From an uncultured bacterium (GTDB lineage: Bacteria; Krumholzibacteriota; Krumholzibacteriia; LZORAL124-64-63), in NCBI GenBank assembly GCA_963732385.1, contig CAVSZB010000007.1, positions 1,440,001 through 1,504,000 on the forward strand: a DNA stretch of 64,000 nt, written 5' to 3'. A program made the translations under genes and the position numbers. The notes below the pieces were generated by a model, which made no database searches, was not told the origin of the DNA, and was given only the letters and a program-made list of their open reading frames with translations. Shown piece by piece: positions 60,737-64,000 of this stretch (its first letter is position 1; each line of letters starts with the position of its first letter).

Positions 60737-61641
60737 CCGCGCGTCCCCCCGACGACCTGCTCGGGGCTCACGTCTCCACGGCGGGCGGCGTGGCGACCGC
60801 TCCGGCGCGGGCGGCCGCGCTGCCGGCGCACGCCTTCCAGATCTTCACCCGCAATCAGAACCAGTGGGTCGGCCGACCGCTCACCGACGAGACCGTGGCT
60901 GCCTGGCAGGCCGAGCTTGCCGCGCACGGCCTCCATTCGCGTCGGGTCTGCGCCCACGACTCGTATCTCATCAACCTGGCCGCCGTGGATTCCGAAGTGC
61001 GACGCAGATCGCGGGTGGCGTTCGTGGATGAGATCGTCCGCTGCGCGCGACTGGACATCCCTTTCCTCGTGTTCCACCCCGGCAGCCATCTCGGCGCCGG
61101 CGAGGCGGCCGGCCTCGCGGCGGTCGCGCGGGAGCTCGACATCTGCCTCGAGGAGGCGGATGGCCCCGGAGTCACCCTCTGCATCGAGACCACGGCGGGC
61201 CAGGGCACGAACCTCGGCTGGCGAGCGGAGCACCTGCGGGACATCATCGCGGCGAGCCGCCACCCGGACCGGCTGGGGGTCTGCCTCGACACCTGCCACG
61301 TCGTGGCATCCGGCTACGGGCTGGGCACCGCGCGGGAGTGGGCGGAAACCGCCGCCGTGTTCGCGAATGCGGTCGGGCTGGATCGGATCCGCGTACTGCA
61401 CCTGAACGATTCGAAGAAGCCGCGCGGCAGCCGTGTGGACCGGCATGAGCGCATCGGGCGCGGCGAGCTGGGCGAGGCGTCGTTCCGCCACATCCTGCGC
61501 GAGGCGCGCCTGGCGCACGCGCTGGGGATTCTCGAGGTTCCAGGCGGCGACGAGGCCTTCGCGGAGGACCTCGCGCTGTTGCGCCGGCTGCGGGGCCGCC
61601 GGGCAAAGCCGCCTGGCACGGAAGCGGCGGATCGTGACTGA
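60733..61641 (+). CDS. nfo: Endonuclease IV
   Basis: GAHVS.AGG, FQIF, H.SYLINL, FHPG, IETTAGQG, CLDTCH, HLNDSK, DRH..IG.G. GTG start. Confidence 0.93.
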   Translation: MTARPPDDLLGAHVSTAGGVATAPARAAALPAHAFQIFTRNQNQWVGRPLTDETVAAWQAELAAHGLHSRRVCAHDSYLINLAAVDSEVRRRSRVAFVDEIVRCARLDIPFLVFHPGSHLGAGEAAGLAAVARELDICLEEADGPGVTLCIETTAGQGTNLGWRAEHLRDIIAASRHPDRLGVCLDTCHVVASGYGLGTAREWAETAAVFANAVGLDRIRVLHLNDSKKPRGSRVDRHERIGRGELGEASFRHILREARLAHALGILEVPGGDEAFAEDLALLRRLRGRRAKPPGTEAADRD

Positions 61642-62374
61642 CGACGTGCGTACGGCGCTCGCCGGGATCAGGGCCCGGCTCTCCACTACCACCCGCGTGG
61701 CGGCCCTCACCGGCGCCGGCATCTCGGCGGCCAGCGGCGTGCCGACCTTCCGCGGCGCGACCAGCCACCGCTGGGAAGACTACGAACCGGCGCAACTCGC
61801 CACACCGGAGGCGTTCGCCCGCGATCCCTTGCTGGTCTGGCGATGGTACGATTGGCGTCGCGGCCTGATCGCCAACGCCGCGCCCAATCCCGCCCATGAG
61901 GCGCTGGTGCGTCTGGAGACGTGGGTGCGCTCCGTGACCGTCATCACCCAGAACGTGGACGGCCTGCACACGCGCGCCGGCAGCTCGACCGTCATCGAGT
62001 TCCACGGCTCGATCTGGCGCACGCGCTGCCTGGACTGCGGCGACGAGCGCGAGGACCGCCGCGCACCGCTGCCGCAACTGCCGCCGTCCTGCCGCGCCTG
62101 CGGCGGGCGCCTGCGGCCCGGTGTAGTCTGGTTCGGGGAGACGATCCCCACGGGCGCGACCGCGGACGCGGAGGCGGCCACGCGTGCAAGCGATCTGTTC
62201 CTGGTGGTGGGGACGTCGGGCGCGGTGTGGCCTGCGGCCGGTTTGGCGCGCCTGGCGCGGGAATCAGACGCGCAGGTGATCGAGTTCAACCTCGAGCGGG
62301 GAGGCGTGAGCGACGAGGCCCAGCTCTTCATCGCGGGCGACGCCGCCGCGACCCTGCCCATGCTCGTCCCCTGA
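61634..62374 (+). CDS. cobB: NAD-dependent protein deacylase (class III sirtuin)
   Basis: GAGISA.SGVPTFRG, W.WY.WRR, TQNVDGLH, HG, CxxC..CxxC, RP.VVWFGE, GTS. Confidence 0.93.
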   Translation: MTDDVRTALAGIRARLSTTTRVAALTGAGISAASGVPTFRGATSHRWEDYEPAQLATPEAFARDPLLVWRWYDWRRGLIANAAPNPAHEALVRLETWVRSVTVITQNVDGLHTRAGSSTVIEFHGSIWRTRCLDCGDEREDRRAPLPQLPPSCRACGGRLRPGVVWFGETIPTGATADAEAATRASDLFLVVGTSGAVWPAAGLARLARESDAQVIEFNLERGGVSDEAQLFIAGDAAATLPMLVP

Positions 62375-64000
62375 TCCGCGCCCGATATCCACGGCCGGCA
62401 CGATGAGGTAGAAGAAGTTGCCCTCGCCCGCCACGCTTTCCACGTGGATCCGGCCGCCGTGGTTCTCCACGATGGCCTGCACGATCGGCAGGCTGAGGCC
62501 CGAGCCCTTCTGGTGGTGCTCGATGCGACCCACCAGTTCGAACTTCGTGAACAGCGCCTCGCGCTTGTCGAGGGGAATGTGCGAGCCGGTGTTGAAAATC
62601 TCCACGGCCCGCCAGGTCACGCTCTGATCGCACCTGGACACCAGCGCCGGCTGGTCGCGGAATTCCTGACGCGCCCGTTCGTCCAGCACCTCGGCGACCG
62701 GGCCGAACCCGGGAATCACCGTCACCTCGCGGATGCGCACGCGCCCACCGTCCACGTTGTGCTGCACCGCGTTGCGCAGCAGCTTCTCGACCGCCACGAC
62801 GAGCATCTCGCGATCGCACAACGGCCCCCAGGAGAACGTGTCTGCCAGCTCGTTCTCCACCGTCAGCGACCTGGCCGCGATCCTCTCCTGCAGACTGCTC
62901 AGGACCATGCCGCAGATTTCGGCGATGGCGACCGGCTCGAGGTGGACGCGCATGTCAGCCGATTGGAGCGACGCCATCAGGATGGCGTCGTTCATGAACT
63001 CGCTGAGGCGTCGCCCGCTGCTCTCGACGATCTCGACGATCTCTGTCACGCCCAGCTTCGCGAGTTCCTGGCCCTGCTCCGTCTCCTCGCCCGGCAGCAC
63101 AACGCGAAGATAGTCGATGCCGCCGATGATCGAGGTCAGCGGCGTGCGCACCTCGTGCGAGATCAGGGCCAGGAAATCATCCTTGGCCTTGTCCAGCCGC
63201 TGCATCTTGTCGAGGGCGACGCGCAGGTTCCGCGTCTTGTCGTTCACCAGCCGATGCGCGTCGGCGAGGTCGCCGGTCATCTGATTGAAGTAGCTGATGA
63301 GCCGCCCCATCTCGTCCTCCGTGCCGACCCCCATGCGCCGCGCGAAGTCGCCTTTGGCCACCTCCTCCATGTTGATGGACATCGCCTGAAGCCGGATCGA
63401 GAGGCGCTCGCCGACCGCGGTGATGGCAAGGATCGAGCCGAGCAGGGCGATCATCACCATCAGGGCGATGATGGCCGTGTAGAGAGCGAAACCGCCGTTG
63501 ATGTTCGATGTCTCGAGGGCCGAGAGCAGGCCGAACGGCAGCTCCGGCCGCCGCGCCAGCAGGAAAGTATGCGGGTTGAGCCGTGAGCCCATGGCGGCCT
63601 GGACAATTCCGTCGGTGACCTCGCGGTGGAGCAGGGCCGTGAGATCCTCGCCTCTGACGCGGCGGAAAATGCCCGGTCCGGGAGCCGTGAGGTCGAGTCC
63701 GGCGGCCAGCGTATCGACGTTGGCGCAAAGCAGGCGGCCCCGTTCGTCGACCGCGGCCTGGAACTCTCCCGGCTGCAGTTCCCCGGAGGGCCCTTCGGCA
63801 AACCAGTCGCCCAGCAGCGAGGGGATGTCCAGCATCAGCACGACGTGCATGCGGGCCCGTCCGGCGTGCGAGGCTTCGCCCCAGTCGTCCGGCACGAGCG
63901 CCCCCTCGAACACGACGGTCGGCAACACCATGTCGGCGCCTTCGGCGCCGTCGGCGCCGCGGGCAAGCAGCAGCGGATCGAAGATCCAAAGGCTGTGCGC
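62264..64000 (-). CDS. HAMP-domain sensor histidine kinase (5' end outside window)
   Basis: Frame open to base 64000; TM, HAMP (DEMGRL...FN.M), ISHEVRTPLT, NA..HN, G.GL.L.IV..IV..HGG.I. Confidence 0.88.
   Translation of the reverse strand, partial: AHSLWIFDPLLLARGADGAEGADMVLPTVVFEGALVPDDWGEASHAGRARMHVVLMLDIPSLLGDWFAEGPSGELQPGEFQAAVDERGRLLCANVDTLAAGLDLTAPGPGIFRRVRGEDLTALLHREVTDGIVQAAMGSRLNPHTFLLARRPELPFGLLSALETSNINGGFALYTAIIALMVMIALLGSILAITAVGERLSIRLQAMSINMEEVAKGDFARRMGVGTEDEMGRLISYFNQMTGDLADAHRLVNDKTRNLRVALDKMQRLDKAKDDFLALISHEVRTPLTSIIGGIDYLRVVLPGEETEQGQELAKLGVTEIVEIVESSGRRLSEFMNDAILMASLQSADMRVHLEPVAIAEICGMVLSSLQERIAARSLTVENELADTFSWGPLCDREMLVVAVEKLLRNAVQHNVDGGRVRIREVTVIPGFGPVAEVLDERARQEFRDQPALVSRCDQSVTWRAVEIFNTGSHIPLDKREALFTKFELVGRIEHHQKGSGLSLPIVQAIVENHGGRIHVESVAGEGNFFYLIVPAVDIGRGSGDEHGQGRGGVARDEELGLVAHASPLEVELDHLRV

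Overview
High-GC bacterial chromosomal window with about 49 protein genes and no rRNA, tRNA, CRISPR array or transposase that I can see. Five secreted proteins carry a C-terminal 'PNPFNP...W.G.D..G....SG.Y' FlgD-Ig/T9SS-like sorting domain, which suggests an FCB-group lineage such as Krumholzibacteriota/Latescibacterota (inference). The window is rich in peptidases (2x S8, 3x M16, 2x S9, M24, isoaspartyl peptidase, HExxH metalloprotease) mixed with housekeeping genes (aconitase, rlmI, pseudouridine synthase, long-form greA, nfo, cobB). Main highlights: (1) an acpS-acsA-acp-kbl operon divergent from a YdfG-like dehydrogenase, a candidate ACP-tethered acetyl + glycine condensation pathway that parallels the sphingolipid Aas/Acp/Spt layout; (2) a selenocysteine peroxiredoxin (PrxU) that the ORF track splits in two, with a SECIS hairpin and two RBS-equipped starts; (3) an S8 protease with a tandem duplication in which only one sub-domain is homogenised; (4) a rubredoxin-like gene absent from the ORF track, a 1-bp frameshifted gene, a sigma54 promoter, a likely leaderless mltF-like mRNA and a Fur-like palindrome. 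All product calls come from motif recognition by eye; no database searches were run.
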